From: Scyliorhinus canicula | Taxonomy: Eukaryota | Direction of reading: 5' to 3' | Assembly: GCF_902713615.1 (NCBI RefSeq) | Contig: NC_052172.1 | Coordinates: 186,001 to 250,000, forward strand | DNA length: 64,000 bases | Part shown: positions 12,201-26,456 of the stretch, piece after piece | Layout of the letters: each line of letters begins with the position of its first letter | Position numbering within the stretch: position 1 is the first letter of the stretch | Made by a program: the position numbers and the translations under genes | The notes under the pieces: generated by a model | Databases searched by the model: none | What the model was told of the DNA's origin: nothing | What the model saw: only the letters and a program-made list of their open reading frames with translations

Positions 12201-12490
12201 AGAAACCCGACATTGCAGAAGGAGGCCATTCAACCCATCAAGTCTGCATTGACCCTCTGAATGAGCATGCTACCTAAGACCAATCTCCCACCTTCTCCTT
12301 GCAACCCCACCAAGGGATAGTTGAGCATATCAATTCCACCTGACTTGCACATTTTTTGGACTGTGGGAGGAAACTGGAGCACCTGAAGGAAACCCAAACA
12401 GACGCGGGAAGAATGTACAAACTCCGCACAGACAGTCGCCTGAGGTCGGAATCAAACACGGGTCTCTGGCGCTGTGCCACACTGCTGCCC
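12198..12490 (-). mobile_element. HE1-like SINE
   Basis: SINE body; paralog at ~42575-42858 (+). Confidence 0.8.
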
Positions 12491-12514
12491 ATCAGCAGGG
12501 TGCCACCCTGCTGC

Positions 12515-14400
12515 TAACACACACTCAGGCTCTCTCACACACACTCAGGCTCTCTAACACACACTCAGGCTCTGTCACACACACTCAGGCTCTCAAAACA
12601 CACTCAGGCTCTCTCACACACACTCAGGCTCTCTCACACACACTCAGGCTCTCTCACACACACTCAGGCTCTCTCACCACACTCAGGCTCTCTCACACAC
12701 ACTCAGGCTCTCTCACACACACTCAGGCTCTCTCCACACCACTCAGGCTCTCTCACACACACTCAGGCTCTCTCACACACACTCAGGCTCTCTCACACAC
12801 ACTCAGGCTCTCTCACACACACTCAGGCTCTCTCACACACACTCAGGCTCTCTCACACACACTCAGGCTCTCTCACACACACTCAGGCTCTCTCACACAC
12901 ACTCAGGCTCTCTCACACACACTCAGGCTCTCCACACACACTCAGGCTCTCTCTCACACACTCAGGCTCTCACACACACAGGCGCTCTCTCTCACACACA
13001 CACTCAGGCTCTCTCACACACACACTCAGGCTCTCTCACACACACACTCAGGCTCTCTCACACACACACTCAGGCTCTCTCACACACACACTCAGGCTCT
13101 CTCACACACACTCAGGCTCTCTCACACACACACTCAGGCTCTCTCACACACACACTCAGGCTCTCTCACACACACACTCAGGCTCTCTCACACACACACT
13201 CAGGCTCTCTCACACACACACTCAGGCTCTCTCACACACACCTCAGGCTCTCTCACACACACACTCAGGCTCTCTCACACACCACTCAGGGCTCTCTCAC
13301 ACACAACTCAGGCTCTCTCACCACACACACCAGGCTCTCTCCACACACACTCAGCGCTCTCAACACACACTCAGGCTCTCTCACACACACACTCAGGCTC
13401 TCTCACACACACACTCAGGCTCTCTCACACACACACTCAGGTCTCTCCCACACACACCTCAGGCTCTCTCTCACACACACTCAGGCTCTCTCACCCACAC
13501 TCAGGCTCTCTCACACACACTCAGGCTCTCTCACACACACTCAGGCTCCCTCACACACACTCAGGCTCTCTCACACACACTCAGGCTCTCTAACACACAC
13601 ACTCAGGCTCTCTCACACACACTCAGGCTCTCTCACACACACACTCAGGCTCTTTCACACACATTCAGGCTCTCTCTCACACACACTCTGGCTCTCTCAC
13701 ACACACTCAGGCTCTCTCACACACACTCAGGCTCTCACACACAAACTCAGGCTCTCTCACACACACACTCAGGCTCTCTCACACACACACTCAGGCTCTC
13801 TCAAACACATTCAAGCTCTCTCTCACACACACTCAGGCTCTCACACACAAACTCAGGCTCTCTCACACACACACTCAGGCTCTCTAACACACACTCAGCC
13901 TCTTTCACGCACACTCAGGCTCTCTCACACACACTCAGCCTCTCTCACGCACACTAAGGCTCTGTCTCTCTCACACATGTATTTCCTCACTGTCTTTCTA
14001 TCAGAGAAACCCAAACACACACTCAGGCTCTCTCACACACACTCAGGCTCTCTCACACACACTCAGGCTCTCTCACACACACTCAGGCTCTCTCACACAC
14101 ACACAGGCTCTCTCACACACACACTCACGCTCTCTCACACACACACTCAGGCTCTCTCACACACACACTCAGGCTCTCTCACACACACACTCAGGCTCTC
14201 TCACACACACTCAGGCTCTCTCACACACTCAGGCTCTCTCACACACATTCAGGCTCTCACACACACTCAGGCTCTCTCTCACACTCGGGCTCTCTCACAC
14301 ACACTCAGGCTCTCTAACACACACTCAGGCTCTCACGCACACACACTCAGGCTCTCTCACACACACTCAGCCTCTCTCACGCACACTCAGGCTCTGTCTC
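12515..14400 (+). repeat. ~20-bp minisatellite (ACACACACTCAGGCTCTCTC)n
   Basis: Directly visible ~1.9-kb array. Confidence 0.97.
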
Positions 14401-14931
14401 TCTCACACATGTATTTCCTCACTGTCTTTCTATCAGAGATAACATTTTACTGCTTACTGCTCAGTTACTGAAGGGTGAGAGTGGTGAGTGTATGTTTTAA
14501 CTTCACTGTCCCTGTGCAGCCTACAATGCATATTGAACTGCTGACTGCTCAGTGACTGGTGTGTGTGAGAGAGACAGAGTGAGAGAATGTGAGTGTGTGT
14601 TCGTGTGTTTTATTTTCAATGTCACTCTATGATCTATAACGCATATTTTACGGCTAACTGATCAGATATTGATGAGTAACTGTGTGTTCGTGTGTGTGAG
14701 AGTGGGAGAGAATCGGCTTGAATGTGTGTGAAGTGTGTATTACCCTCACTGTCTCTCTTTGAGACATCACACGTATTTTACTGCTTACTGTCAGTGTGTG
14801 TGTGTGAGAGAGAGAGTGTGTGAGTGAACATGTCTGTGTGTGTGAGAGAGAGTGTGTGAGAGAATGTGTGTGAGAGTGTATGAGTGCGAGAGCAAATGTG
14901 TGTGTGTGAGAGTGTGTGAGTGCGAGAGCAA

Positions 14932-14968
<37 letters not shown>

Positions 14969-15304
14969 GGTGTCAGTTTTCCCCTCACTGCCTCTCTGAT
15001 ATATAATGCATATATTAGTGTCTGCTGCTCAGTTACTGGGATGTGAGAGAGTGTGTGTGAGAGAGAGAGAGAGAAAGCGCATGTGAGTGAGAGAGTAAGC
15101 ATGCGTGTGTGTGTGAAAGAGTGCGTATGTGTGAGAATGTAAGTGTGAGAGAGTGCACCTCTGTGCACTCTGACACACCAGTAACTGGGCAGGAAGCAGT
15201 AAAATATGCATTATATATCACAGGGACATTGAGGATAAAACTCCCACACACACAAACAGCTAACTGAATTGTAAACAGTCAGTATGCGGTATATATCACA
15301 GCGA

Positions 15305-16450
15305 GATTGCGAGTCTGACGAACAAGGCAGATGAAGTGAGAACATGCGGTTATGATGTATTTTCTGTCACTGAATCACGGTTGGGAGAGGGGAAGGATGG
15401 GAGCTCAACAGGATCTCCAGGGGAGATAGGGCAGGAGGGAAAAGAGGAGAGGGTGTCGCAATTTTGATCAAGGAATGAATTACATCAGGAGGGAGAGATG
15501 GCATCTTAGAAAGCTCTTCAACTGAAGCCAAATGGGTAGAACTTAAAAACCAAAATGGAGCAATCACATTGCTGGAGTGTTCCATAGGCCACCGAACTAT
15601 CCCAAAGAAATAGAAGAGCAAATGTTCAGGCTAATTTCCGAGAAGTCGTAAAGTAATAGGGATGTGATAGTGGGAACAGGGGGGGGATTCCAACTTCCCC
15701 AATATGAACTGGGGTAGTCATAGTGTGAAAGGTTTAGAGGGAGCGGAATTCTGAAAATGCATCCATGTGAACTTTTTAAGCCAGTCCACGGAAGGACAGA
15801 CAAGGGGCGGGGGGCGGGGGGTGGGGGGGGGGGGGTGTCTTGGACTTCATTTTGATTAACGAAGCTGGGCAAGTGGTTGAAGTATCGTTGGGGGAGCATT
15901 TTGCAGACAGTGATCATAATTCATTAAGTACAAGATGGTTCTGAAAAAGGAGATGGGTGGGCCTGAGATCAAAGTTCTCAACTGGAGGAAGGCTGATTTT
16001 AATACGATCAGATATGATTTGGCCAGAGTGGACAGGGAGTAAACACCTTTAGATAAATCTGTGACAGAACAGTGGGACACATTCAACAAGGAACTAGGGA
16101 GAGTACAGGCTCAACATGTTCCAATCAAGAAAAGGGTGGGATCAACAAATCCAGTCAACCATGGATATTGAGGGATATACAGCGTTAGATAAGTAGAAAA
16201 GGGGAGGCTTGTGGGAGATATCGAGGATTCAAAAGAGGAGAAGCACGACAGGTATACAGAATATGCCAGAGGGAACTTAAAACAGAAATGCAGAGAGCAA
16301 AAAGGGGATATGAAAGGATACAGGCGGGTAAAATGAATTTGGTTTACAAATACATTCAGGGTAAAATAATAATTCGGGACAGAGTAGGGCCCATCACAGA
16401 GCACAGTGGAAACTTATGTGTGGAACCGGAGTGTTTCGAAATGAGTATTT
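15305..16450 (+). mobile_element. Degenerate CR1 LINE, endonuclease/linker region
   Basis: Frameshifted remnants of ITESWL, YRPP, GDFNFP and SDHN-like motifs. Confidence 0.7.
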
Positions 16451-16843
16451 TGTGTCAGTGTTCACTGTGGAGGTTTGTCCTCTAACTCGCCATGCTTAAT
16501 CTTCAAATGGCTTTGACATTTTGAAGGTTTTAAACTTTAATTTGCCAGTAATTTCCCTGCGTGTAACACACATGAACTTTGAATCCTGATTGCAGTGGCA
16601 CAATTTATAAACACACCCCTCAAATAATCACCTTTGTGCTGCTTTGTTCCTGTTTTCAGCTTCTTCATGGGTTGTTCACCAGAGGCCCTGGAGTTCACAC
16701 CCGCACTGCTGGCAGCAGCAAAATGGAGGAATCTGTCACGCACGCAGAACACGTGACGTCAGCGTGCGGGGAGGTGCATGTGACCTGCTCTCTGCCACCG
16801 CTTCCAGTGGGAGGTCTACAGAATTTTCTGAAACAAACTGGCG

Positions 16844-16941
16844 TGGGACAGCGCGCTGACATCAGGAGGAGCCAGTCCACCTTGCTGGGCTCTGGGACAG
16901 CGCGCTGACATCAGGAGGAGCCAGTCCACCTTGCTCGGCTC
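16844..16941 (+). repeat. 49-bp tandem duplication
   Basis: TGGGACAGCGCGCTGACATCAGG...GGCTC twice, 1 mismatch. Confidence 0.9.
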
Positions 16942-17244
16942 TGGGCCTGTGCACTACATGACAAGGCCGGCATGCGGGGAATGGCTGAAATTTCACACGG
17001 CCATCATGATCGGCATTTGTAAACTCTCGTCGTGACCACTGGCCATTCCTCCCGCGATCTGGATCACCGTCATCCTCCTGAAACCTTGACGAGATCCACC
17101 CACAGGTCACGACCCTGAGCTTGAAAACCCTGGGCCGATGGTACCCTTGTCTCTGTTAGCCAAGGCACAGAGTTTAAGAAAAGGCAAGTTATGCTGGAAC
17201 TGAGTAAAACATTGGTTAGGCCGCACAGGAGTAATACTCACACT

Positions 17245-18365
17245 AACAATGTATCAGAGAGTGAGTAAATACCGCACTCACACTTCATCAAAGAGTGAGT
17301 AAATCCCACACTCACACACTGTATCAGAGAGTGAGTAAATCCCACACTCACACACTGTATCAGAGAGTGAGTAAATCCCACACTCACACACTGTATCAGA
17401 GAGTGAGTAAATCCCACACACATACACTATCAGAGAGTGAGTAAATCCCACACTCACACACTGTATCAGAGATGAGTAAATCCCACACACACTGTATCAG
17501 AGAGTGAGTAAATCCCACACTCACACTGCATCAAAGAGTGAGTACATCCCACACTCACACACTGCATTAGAGAGTGAGTACATCCCACACTAACACACTG
17601 TATCAGAGAGTGAGTAAATCCCACACTCACACACTGTATCAGAGAGTGAGTAAATCCCACACTCACACACTGTATCAGAGAGTGAGTAAATCCCACACTC
17701 ACACACTGTATCAGAGAGTGAGTAAATCCCACACTGTATGAGAGTGAGTAAATCACACACTTTATCAAAGAGTGAGCAAATCCCACACACACACTTTCAG
17801 AGAGAGTAAATCCCACACTCTCAAACTGTATCAGAGTCAGTAAATCCCACAATCACACACTATCAGAGAGTGAGTAAATCCCACACACACACACTGTATC
17901 AGAGAGTGAGTAAATCCCACACTCACACACTGTATCAGAGAGTGAGTAAATCCCACACTCACACACTGTATCAGAGAGTGAGTAAATCCCACACTCACAC
18001 ACTGTATCAGAGAGTGAGTAAATCCCACACTCACACAATGTATCAGAGTAAATCCCACGCACACACTTATCAGAGAGGAAGTACATCCACACCCAGACAC
18101 TCTATCAGAGTAAATACCACACTCCGTGTCAGATAGTGATTAAATCCCACACACACACACTTATCAGAGAGTGAGTAAATCTTACATTCAGACTGTATCA
18201 GAGAGAGTAAATCTCACACTGATACACTATCAGTGAGTGAGTATATCTCACACTCGCACACTGTATCAGTGAGTGAGTATATCTCACACTCGCACATTGT
18301 ATCAGAGAGTGAGTAAATCTCACACTGACACACTATCAGTGAGTGAGTAAATCCCACACTCTCAC
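17245..18365 (+). repeat. ~36-bp minisatellite, same family as 3380-4170
   Basis: Tandem array. Confidence 0.95.
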
Positions 18366-18370
18366 ATATA

Positions 18371-18546
18371 AGCACAGGGCTAAACCACTGGCTTTGAAAG
18401 CTGACCAAGCGGGCGAGCAGCATGGTTTGATTCCCGTAACAGCCTCCCCGGACAGGCGCTGGAATGTGGTGACTAGGGGATTTTCACAGTAACGTCATTT
18501 GAAGCCTACTCGTGACAATAAGCGATTTTCACTTTTTTCATTTTCA
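18371..18546 (+). mobile_element. (TTTTCA)n-tailed SINE
   Basis: Family match; absent from the equivalent site at ~4180. Confidence 0.8.
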
Positions 18547-18903
18547 TATTACAAGACACTCCCAGTTCCTTAAGGAATCCCACATTCCCGCACAGTCTCA
18601 CCGACAGCCAGATGACAGTTTCCAGTAAATCTTTCCACACTGACAAACTGGGAATGGAGACATTCTTTCTGAAATGCATTTCCTGTTTGTTGTAAGGCCG
18701 TTTCTGATTGGTGGAAAATCTTAAATCTGACTGCTCTGTTTACATACCCAACCAAATAAACAGAACATAACTGGCTGTCCTCATTTTCACATTGTCCAAT
18801 CACAATCATTCCTTTCCCCATTCCTCATTAGCATAGATGTGAGGCTCTGTCTATTTAATCAGCGCTCGGAAGGGGTTTGCTTTATTTCTGGGTGAAACTG
18901 AAG

Positions 18904-19290
18904 ATGGCTGACGAGAAGAAACCAACATCGAAAGCAGCTGCCAAGAAGGGAGCCAAGAAAGTCATTAAGAAACCGGCAGTAAAGGGCGGCAAGAAGCGGC
19001 GAAGGTCGAGGAAGGAGAGTTACTCCATCTACATCTACAAAGTGATGAAGCAGGTTCACCCCGACACCGGCATCTCCTCCAAGGCCATGAGCATCATGAA
19101 CTCGTTCGTCAACGATATTTTCGAGCGTATCGCGGGTGAGGCTTCCCGCCTGGCCCATTACAACAAGCGCAGCACCATCAGCTCCCGGGAGATCCAGACC
19201 GCCGTGCGCCTGCTGCTGCCCGGGGAACTGGCCAAGCACGCCGTGTCGGAAGGGACAAAGGCGGTGACCAAGTACACCAGCTCCAAGTAA
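18904..19290 (+). CDS. H2B: Histone H2B, intact (128 aa)
   Basis: Canonical H2B; promoter as above; stem-loop 19328-19343. Confidence 0.97.
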   Translation: MADEKKPTSKAAAKKGAKKVIKKPAVKGGKKRRRSRKESYSIYIYKVMKQVHPDTGISSKAMSIMNSFVNDIFERIAGEASRLAHYNKRSTISSREIQTAVRLLLPGELAKHAVSEGTKAVTKYTSSK

Positions 19291-21345
19291 AACTGCACAA
19301 TGGACTGAAAACCACCCCAAACACAACGGCTCTTTTAAGAGCCACCCACAATCTCTATGAAAAAGCTGCACCATCTTTTCCCGCATTGACTTCATGAGAA
19401 ATCTCTTTGTGGAGGATAGAGATTTGTCCCGTTCCAGAATGTTGTGAATGTGGCTTCATACCCGCCCGTCACAGACAGTTTCACACAGAAGAGACACTCG
19501 AACTGAATTGAGAGCGGATTTTAAACCCAGTCTGGTATTTGTGACGGACAATGAGGAGACGCACAATTTCAGGAGGGAATTATTTAAATGTAATGATAAC
19601 TATATTCAGAGTTTAACAATTGGTGAGTTAAATTCACAAAAAAATTGTTTTTTTTTTCTCTCGGGTGACCTGGTTCCCGATCCCGGAACAGAGTAAAGGC
19701 GGGAATGAAGAGGTTATTTTCGGGCTGATGTGTTTATTCCGCAGTTTTCCCAGGGGACGGAATCAGCGAGATTTGAGCACACACAGGACCTGTGTCCATT
19801 GCAGCGCTTTAAGATCTGCCTCTCCCCGGCCCTCCCTATTCTCCGGACACAAAGCTGCCTGTTCCACCGGCGGGATAGAGTCGGGGATTCTCTCCACACT
19901 TCCCAGTGTAACATCCCGGCCGCTTTCAGGAGAGAGGCTCAGAAATCAGCCCTTTCTCTCTGTCCCTGTGTAGCCTGTGTGAAGGAGTTGGTTGGTAATC
20001 TCTATGTTTCTGCTTTTGCGGTGAGCTGAGATTTGCTCCGTTTTAAATTGCTGAACGGGGTCTTATTACCGCCGGTTACTGATAAGAGACTGACAAATTC
20101 AAACTGTTCCTAAAATAGAGCCAGGATTCTGGGAGGGAAAATCCAATAAACAGATCACAAAGTGTGAGATTCAAATAGTTTCCTGAACATTGAGCCGTTC
20201 CGTTATTTGTGATTTTCCTGCACTGAAATTGGCGGGAGTTTCGAATTTGAAAATATCAGCCAATCAAAACCTCAAGATTCTTCTCCCTGGCCTGTGATTG
20301 GTTAATTGTTGACTGCACTTAAGTTTTTAAATATAAATTGTTTCCACAGACAAATACCAGAATATTCTGAACATGAATAAATGTGACGTCTGCTCCACAC
20401 AAGTTACAGGGAAGAGTGTCGCCAGCTCCTCACACACAGTCCGGACATTGTCACTGACAGAGCACAGAGACACAGACAGGTCATCAGTTCCACAGTCTCA
20501 GGCAGCAGAAATAGTTCCAGAGACACATTTTCAACCCATCAATCAAACAGCAGGAGAGACAGACGCTGTGTCCATGTCAGCCCTAACTCAGTAGCCACTG
20601 ACAGGAGGCCCCATAAATCCCAGTGCAAATTCTCACCCACTCTCATCATCACTGTATCAGTTCCACAATGGAGCAGGCTTAGTGAAATAATCAATATCAG
20701 AGAAAACTGGTTTCCGGTTAAGAATTACACAATTAACCTTAATAATGTACTCTGAGATTCGAGTTAAATACGAGTCACATCACTCACATCGGGGGTAGCT
20801 GTACTAATCCCCAGAGTGTGTCCTCACAAACACATTAGATGCAAACCCAAATATCAGGTGCATTCTCAGATTGGGATATGCTGAAAGCGACAAAGATACA
20901 AACTCTGATTCTCGTTTAAAACTCAACTAATTTATGAAAATAAAAGATACAATATAATTTCGATGACTTGAGAACTGAGCTTTAACTTGGAAACTATTCC
21001 CAAATCCTCACTCACTCCCTTCCAGATGGAAGACACTGCAGCAATTCCAGACTGTGGTCCATTTTATATTCATGTCAGAATTCTGACTCTGAATGAGACT
21101 GAGTATCACAGATCAAATCAATGTAAACAACCTGATTTAAACTTCCAGAGCAATCCAGTATCAGATTGAAGGTTACATTATCTTTCACAATTGTGTTCTG
21201 ATATTAAATGCTGGTCCAAAACTATCACACATTGTTTGCTTGAAACATCCCACAGCAATGGTCTCTTTCTGTGCTGGAAATTTACGTGGAATGAATGCAA
21301 ACTTATAAACTGACCTTGACATTAAAAGGTCACATCCTGAATCGC

Positions 21346-21553
21346 ATCCTCACATTGAGTCACAGAGCCTGACAAGTACAGGATAATCCTCAAACAGTTG
21401 TTGAGAGTAAAATCCATCCTCACACTGAGTCCTGGAGCATGACAGATTCAGGATAATTCTCAAACAGTTGTTGAGAGTAAGATCCATCCTCACACTGAGT
21501 CCTGGAGCATGACAGATTCAGGATAATTCTCAAACAGTTGTTGAGAGTAAGAT
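21346..21553 (+). repeat. 70-bp tandem repeat x3
   Basis: ATCCTCACACTGAGTCC...GTTGTTGAGAGTAAG three times. Confidence 0.9.
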
Positions 21554-21689
21554 GCTGAAAGGCACTGTACTCACTCATCAATAGCAGTCACAAAAAGCAA
21601 CAGACTCAACAATTGTACCTCTGAGAGATTTAGAAATGGTTAAAAGACTCTCAGAGAGGAAACAATAATTAATGACATACAAACGGAAG

Positions 21690-22030
21690 ACTGCTCGCAC
21701 ATACACACACAGGTATACACACACACAGATATACACAGGTATACACTCAGATACACACACAGTATACCGGCCCACACATATTATACACACAGAGTTACAC
21801 ACACACGTACACTCAAACATACACACACAGGTATACACACACACAGCTATATATATACCCGTGTATACACAGTATACAGAGCCACACAGATTATATGCAC
21901 ACAGTTGTACACACCCACACACACAGGTATATACACACAGGCACATAAACATTCACACATATTCTCAAATACACATACATATAAATAAACACATATGTGC
22001 ACACACACAGATATACACAGAGACAGATAC
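21690..22030. repeat. CA/TA-rich low-complexity sequence
   Basis: Composition. Confidence 0.85.
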
Positions 22031-22079
22031 ATTGTATCAACGAAATAATTTATCCAGCTACAGTGAAGTAACAGCGATA

Positions 22080-22840
22080 TATTTCCAAAACAGGATGGTG
22101 AGTGGCTGGAGGAGAGCCTACAGGTCGTGGTGTCGCTCTGTGTCGGCCGCCCTTGTCCCTCTCTAGATGGTGGTGGATGTGGGTTTGGAAGGTGTTGCCA
22201 AAGGAGCCTTGGTGACTTCCTGTAGTGAATCCTGTAGCTGGAATACACGCTGCCAATCTGCATCAGTGGTGGAGCGAGTGAGTGTTTACAGATGGGATGC
22301 CGATCAAGCGGGATACCTTGTCCTAGATGGTGTCAAACTTATTCAGTGTTGTTGAAATTGCAACTATTAAAGGAAATGGAAATTATTCCATTACATTCCT
22401 GATTTATGCCGCGTCGACAGGGTTTGGGGAGCCAGGGAGTGAGTGACTCGTCACAGGAGTCCGAGTCTTTGACCTGCCTTGCAGCTACAGTATTTATATG
22501 AACAGTTCAGTTCCTGGCCAATGGCAATCAGTAAGATGTTGGTAGTAGGGTTTCAGTGATGGTAATTCCAGTGAATGTGAAGGGGTGATGGTTAGATTCG
22601 TACTTGTTGTGAAATATGAAAATATGAAAACCACTTATTGTCGCAAGTAGGCTTCAAAATAAGTTACTGTGAAAAGCCCCTAGTCGCCACATTCCGGCGC
22701 CTGTTCGGGGAGGCTGGTACGGGAATGGTCTTTTCCTGGAACTTTTCAGCCCAAGCCTGGATATTGTCCAGGATTGGTGCATTTGTACATGGACTGTTTC
22801 ATTAAGAGGAGTTGTCAATGGTGCTGAGCATTGTGCAGTC
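22080..22840. mobile_element. Old LINE-like remnant containing a nested (TTTTCA)n SINE (~22615-22725, minus)
   Basis: SINE is clear; LINE assignment rests on weak resemblance only. Confidence 0.4.
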
Positions 22841-23052
22841 ATGGAAAGCCTGAGATTGTGGGTGTTTGCAACATTTACAGCGTGTGTCCCTGTGTGAATC
22901 ATTTCAGACATTGATTGGAAATATTAAGTGTTTGCTGGAAGGGAGAAGCCGAGTAAAAAAAAACGTGTCCTGTAAAGAAATGTCAGACCAGACAGACCTG
23001 AGGAGAGCAGCTGAATGTTTCTTTCTACTGTATCGGAAAGTAAAAAAATAAC

Positions 23053-23124
23053 TAGCAGAGAATGGTTTCGATCCATCGACCTCTGGGTTATGGGCCCAGC
23101 ACGCTTCCGCTGCGCCACTCTGCT
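23053..23124 (-). tRNA. tRNA-iMet(CAT)
   Basis: AGCAGAGTGGCGCAGCGGAAGCGTGCTGGGCCCATAACCCAGAGG...; one C>T in T-stem (G-U pair); T7 terminator follows. Confidence 0.95.
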
Positions 23125-23939
23125 CTCGGTTGGTATTGCGTTGAAAGGACACAATACTTCACTTCCGCAATGTTGTTCATCAGGAGAACATGTTCACGAC
23201 AGCGCACCCTGGCGGCACAATTCCTCTCTGTCACTCACCAACAATGGAATACACACAGCAGCAGGACACTGTCACCTGACACAGGTTAACACACACGCAA
23301 AGGAGAATCGAAAGTGTTCCCTCCTAAAATCTAGCCTCTTTCCCTCTTGTGTAACTGTGTTCTCTGCAACTTCGCTCTGTTATTGAAATGTCTTCCCTGA
23401 CGTTAAGTAAACTGCTTTCCGATATTTAAATATATTCACCCCCGCTGAACTGTGATTTCTACCGTGGAACCGAGATCTCTGCTGTGTCACTGCTCTCTGC
23501 TGTCTAATATGATCTCTGCTGTGAACTGGGCACTCCGCTGGGAAACTGCGATCTCTCCTGTGGAAATGTGCTCTCTGCTGTGGGACTGTGTTCTCTGCTG
23601 TCAAACTGTGCTCTCTGCTGAGGAAATGTGGACCAGATGTGTTGCAGCTGAGGATGATGAGTGATGTATGGTGGACATTGTGAACTTACTGGCCAGAAAC
23701 TTCCGAACTCTATTTTTGTATTAATGGACAGCTACAATCCACGTGTTTATTCTAGGACACAACAATGAATAAAAGTGAATCAGTGCTCAGCAGATTCTAA
23801 CATCCCAGACCTCCTCTTTGTTCCTATTGAGAACCCCGATTCGATGGAAGCTTTTGCTCTAAGAATTGGAACTCCGCCGCCTGGGAATACGGCAGCAACA
23901 CCTCCAAGATCTGATCTGTAACAGAATCACAGAATAATG

Positions 23940-24233
23940 CAATGTCCCCTCGTGACTGACCCTTCTCGTGAGGGGAACAGGTGATCCCTATCCGCCCTGT
24001 CTATACCTATCATAATCTTGTGCACCTCGATCAGATCACCCCTCAGTCATCTCTGTTCTTGGGAGAGAAGAAAAACGAACCTCTCTTCATATCTTAAAAG
24101 CAAGCAAGCAACAGCCTGCTGATTCACGTCCGCACCCCATTCAGTGCAGTGACATATTTAATATGACGTGTTGACCAGAATTGCACACGTACTCCAGCTG
24201 TGGCCTCACCAACATTCTATACAACTCCAACAT
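23940..24233 (-). mobile_element. Old CR1 3' fragment (continues at 26457-26620)
   Basis: Host element split by younger CR1; AACAT at both junctions. Confidence 0.75.
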
Positions 24234-26456
24234 AGAACATAGAACATAGAACACTACAGCGCAGTACGGGCCCTTCGGCCCTCGATGTTGCGCCGACCTG
24301 TGAAACCATCTGAAGCCTATCTGACCTACACTATTCCATTTTCATCCATATGTCTATCCAGTGACCACTTAAATGCCCTTAAAGTTGGCGAGTCTACTAC
24401 TGTTGCAGGCAGGGCGTTCCACACCCCTACTACTCTCTGAGTAAAGAAACTGCCTCTGACATCTGTCCTATATCTCTCACCCCTCAATTTAAAGCTATGT
24501 CCCCTCGTGTTGGTCATCACCATCCGAGGAAAAAGACTCTCACTGTCCACCCTATCTAACCCTCTGACTATCTTATATGTCTCTATTAAGTCACCTCTCA
24601 GCCTTCTCCTCTCTAACGAAAACAACCTCAATTCCCTGAGCCTTTCCTCGTAAGACCTTCCCTCCATACCAGGCAACATCCTAGTAAATCTCCTCTGAAC
24701 CCTTTCCAAAGCTTCCACATCCTTCCTATAATGTGGTGACCAGAACTGCACGCAGTACTCCAGGTGTGGCCGCACCAGAGTTATGTACAGCTGCAGCATG
24801 ACCCTGTGGTTCCGAAACTCAATCCCCCTGCTTATAAAGGCTAGCACACCATATGCCTTCTTAACAGCCCTATTAACCTGGGTGGCAACTTTCAAGGATT
24901 TATGTAACTGGATGCCGAGATCTCTCTGTTCATCTACACTACCAAGAATCTTGCCATTAGTCCAGTACTCTGCATTCCTGTTACTCCTTCCAAAGTGAAC
25001 CACCTCACACTTTTCCGCATTAAACTCCATCTGCCACCTCTCAGCCCAGCTCTGCAGCTTATCTATGTCCCTCTGTATCCTATAACATCCTTCAGCACTA
25101 TCCACAACTCCACCGACCTTCGTGTCATCTGCAAATTTACTAACCCATCCTTCTACACCCTCTTCCAGGTCATTTATAAAAATGACAAACAGCAGTGGCC
25201 CCAAAACAGATCCTTGCGGTACACCACTAGTAACTGAACTCCAGGATGAACATTTGCCATCAACCACCACCCTCTGTCTTCTTTCAGCTAGCCAATTACT
25301 GATCCAAACCGCTAAATCACCTTCAATTCTATACTTCCTTATTTTCTGCAATAGCCTACCGTGGGGAACCTTATCAAACGCCTTACTGAAATCCATATAC
25401 ACCACATCAACAGTTTTACCCTGATCCACCTGTTTGGTCACCTTCTCAAAAAACTCAATAAGGTTTGTGACACATGACCTACCCTTCACAAAACCGTGTT
25501 GTGTATCGCTAATCAACTTGTTCTTTTCAAGATGATTATAAACCCTATCTCTTATAACCTTTTCCAACATTTTACCCACAACCGAAGTAAGGCTCACAGG
25601 TCTATAATTACCAGGGTTGTCTCTACTCCCCTTCTTGAACAAGGGGACAACATTTGCTATCCTCCAGTCTTCCGGCACTATTCCTGTCGACAAAGACGAC
25701 ATAAATATCAAGGACAAAGGCTCTGCAATCTCCTCCCTGGCTTCCCAGAGAATCCTAGGATAAATCCCATCTGGCCCAGGGGACTTATCTATTTTGACAT
25801 TTTCTAAAATTGCTAACACCTCCTCCTTTTGAACCTCAATTCCATCTAGCCTGGTCGACTGAACCTGAGTGTTCTCCTCGACAACATTGTCTTTCTCCAG
25901 TGTAAACACTGACGAAAAATATCCATTTAATGCTTCACCTATCTCCTCTGATTCCACACACAACTTTCCACTACTATCCTTGATTGGCCCTAATCTTACT
26001 CGAGTCATTCTTTTGTTCCTGATATACCTATAGAAAGCCTTAGGGTTTTCCTTGATCCTATCCGCCAACGACTTTTCGTGTCCTCTCCTCGCTCTTCTTA
26101 ACTCTCCCTTTAGGTCCTTCCTGGCTAACTTGTAACTCTCAAGTGCCCTAACTGAGCCTTCATGTCTCATCCTAACATAAGCCTTCTTCTTCCTCTTGAC
26201 AAGTGCTTCAACTTCCTTAGTAAACCACGGCTCCTTTGCTCGACAACTTCCTCCCTGCCTGACAGGTACATACTTATCAAGGACACGCAGTAGCTGTTCC
26301 TTGAAAAAGCTCCACATTTCGATTGTACCCATCCCCTGCAGTTTCCTTCCCCATCCTATACCTCCTAAATCTTGCCGAATAGCATCATAATTGCCTTTTC
26401 CCCAGCTATAATTCTTGCCTTGCGGTATATACCTATCCCTGCCCATTGCTAAAGTA
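24234..26456 (-). mobile_element. Young 5'-truncated CR1 LINE with uninterrupted RT ORF
   Basis: [36 protein letters not shown]; stop at 24326; (TTCTATG)n tail. Confidence 0.95.

Noticed and set aside
13977-14471. His/Thr/Leu/Ser-rich ORFs (also 14791-15168, 21578-22166)
   Set aside because: Translations of CA-rich repeats.
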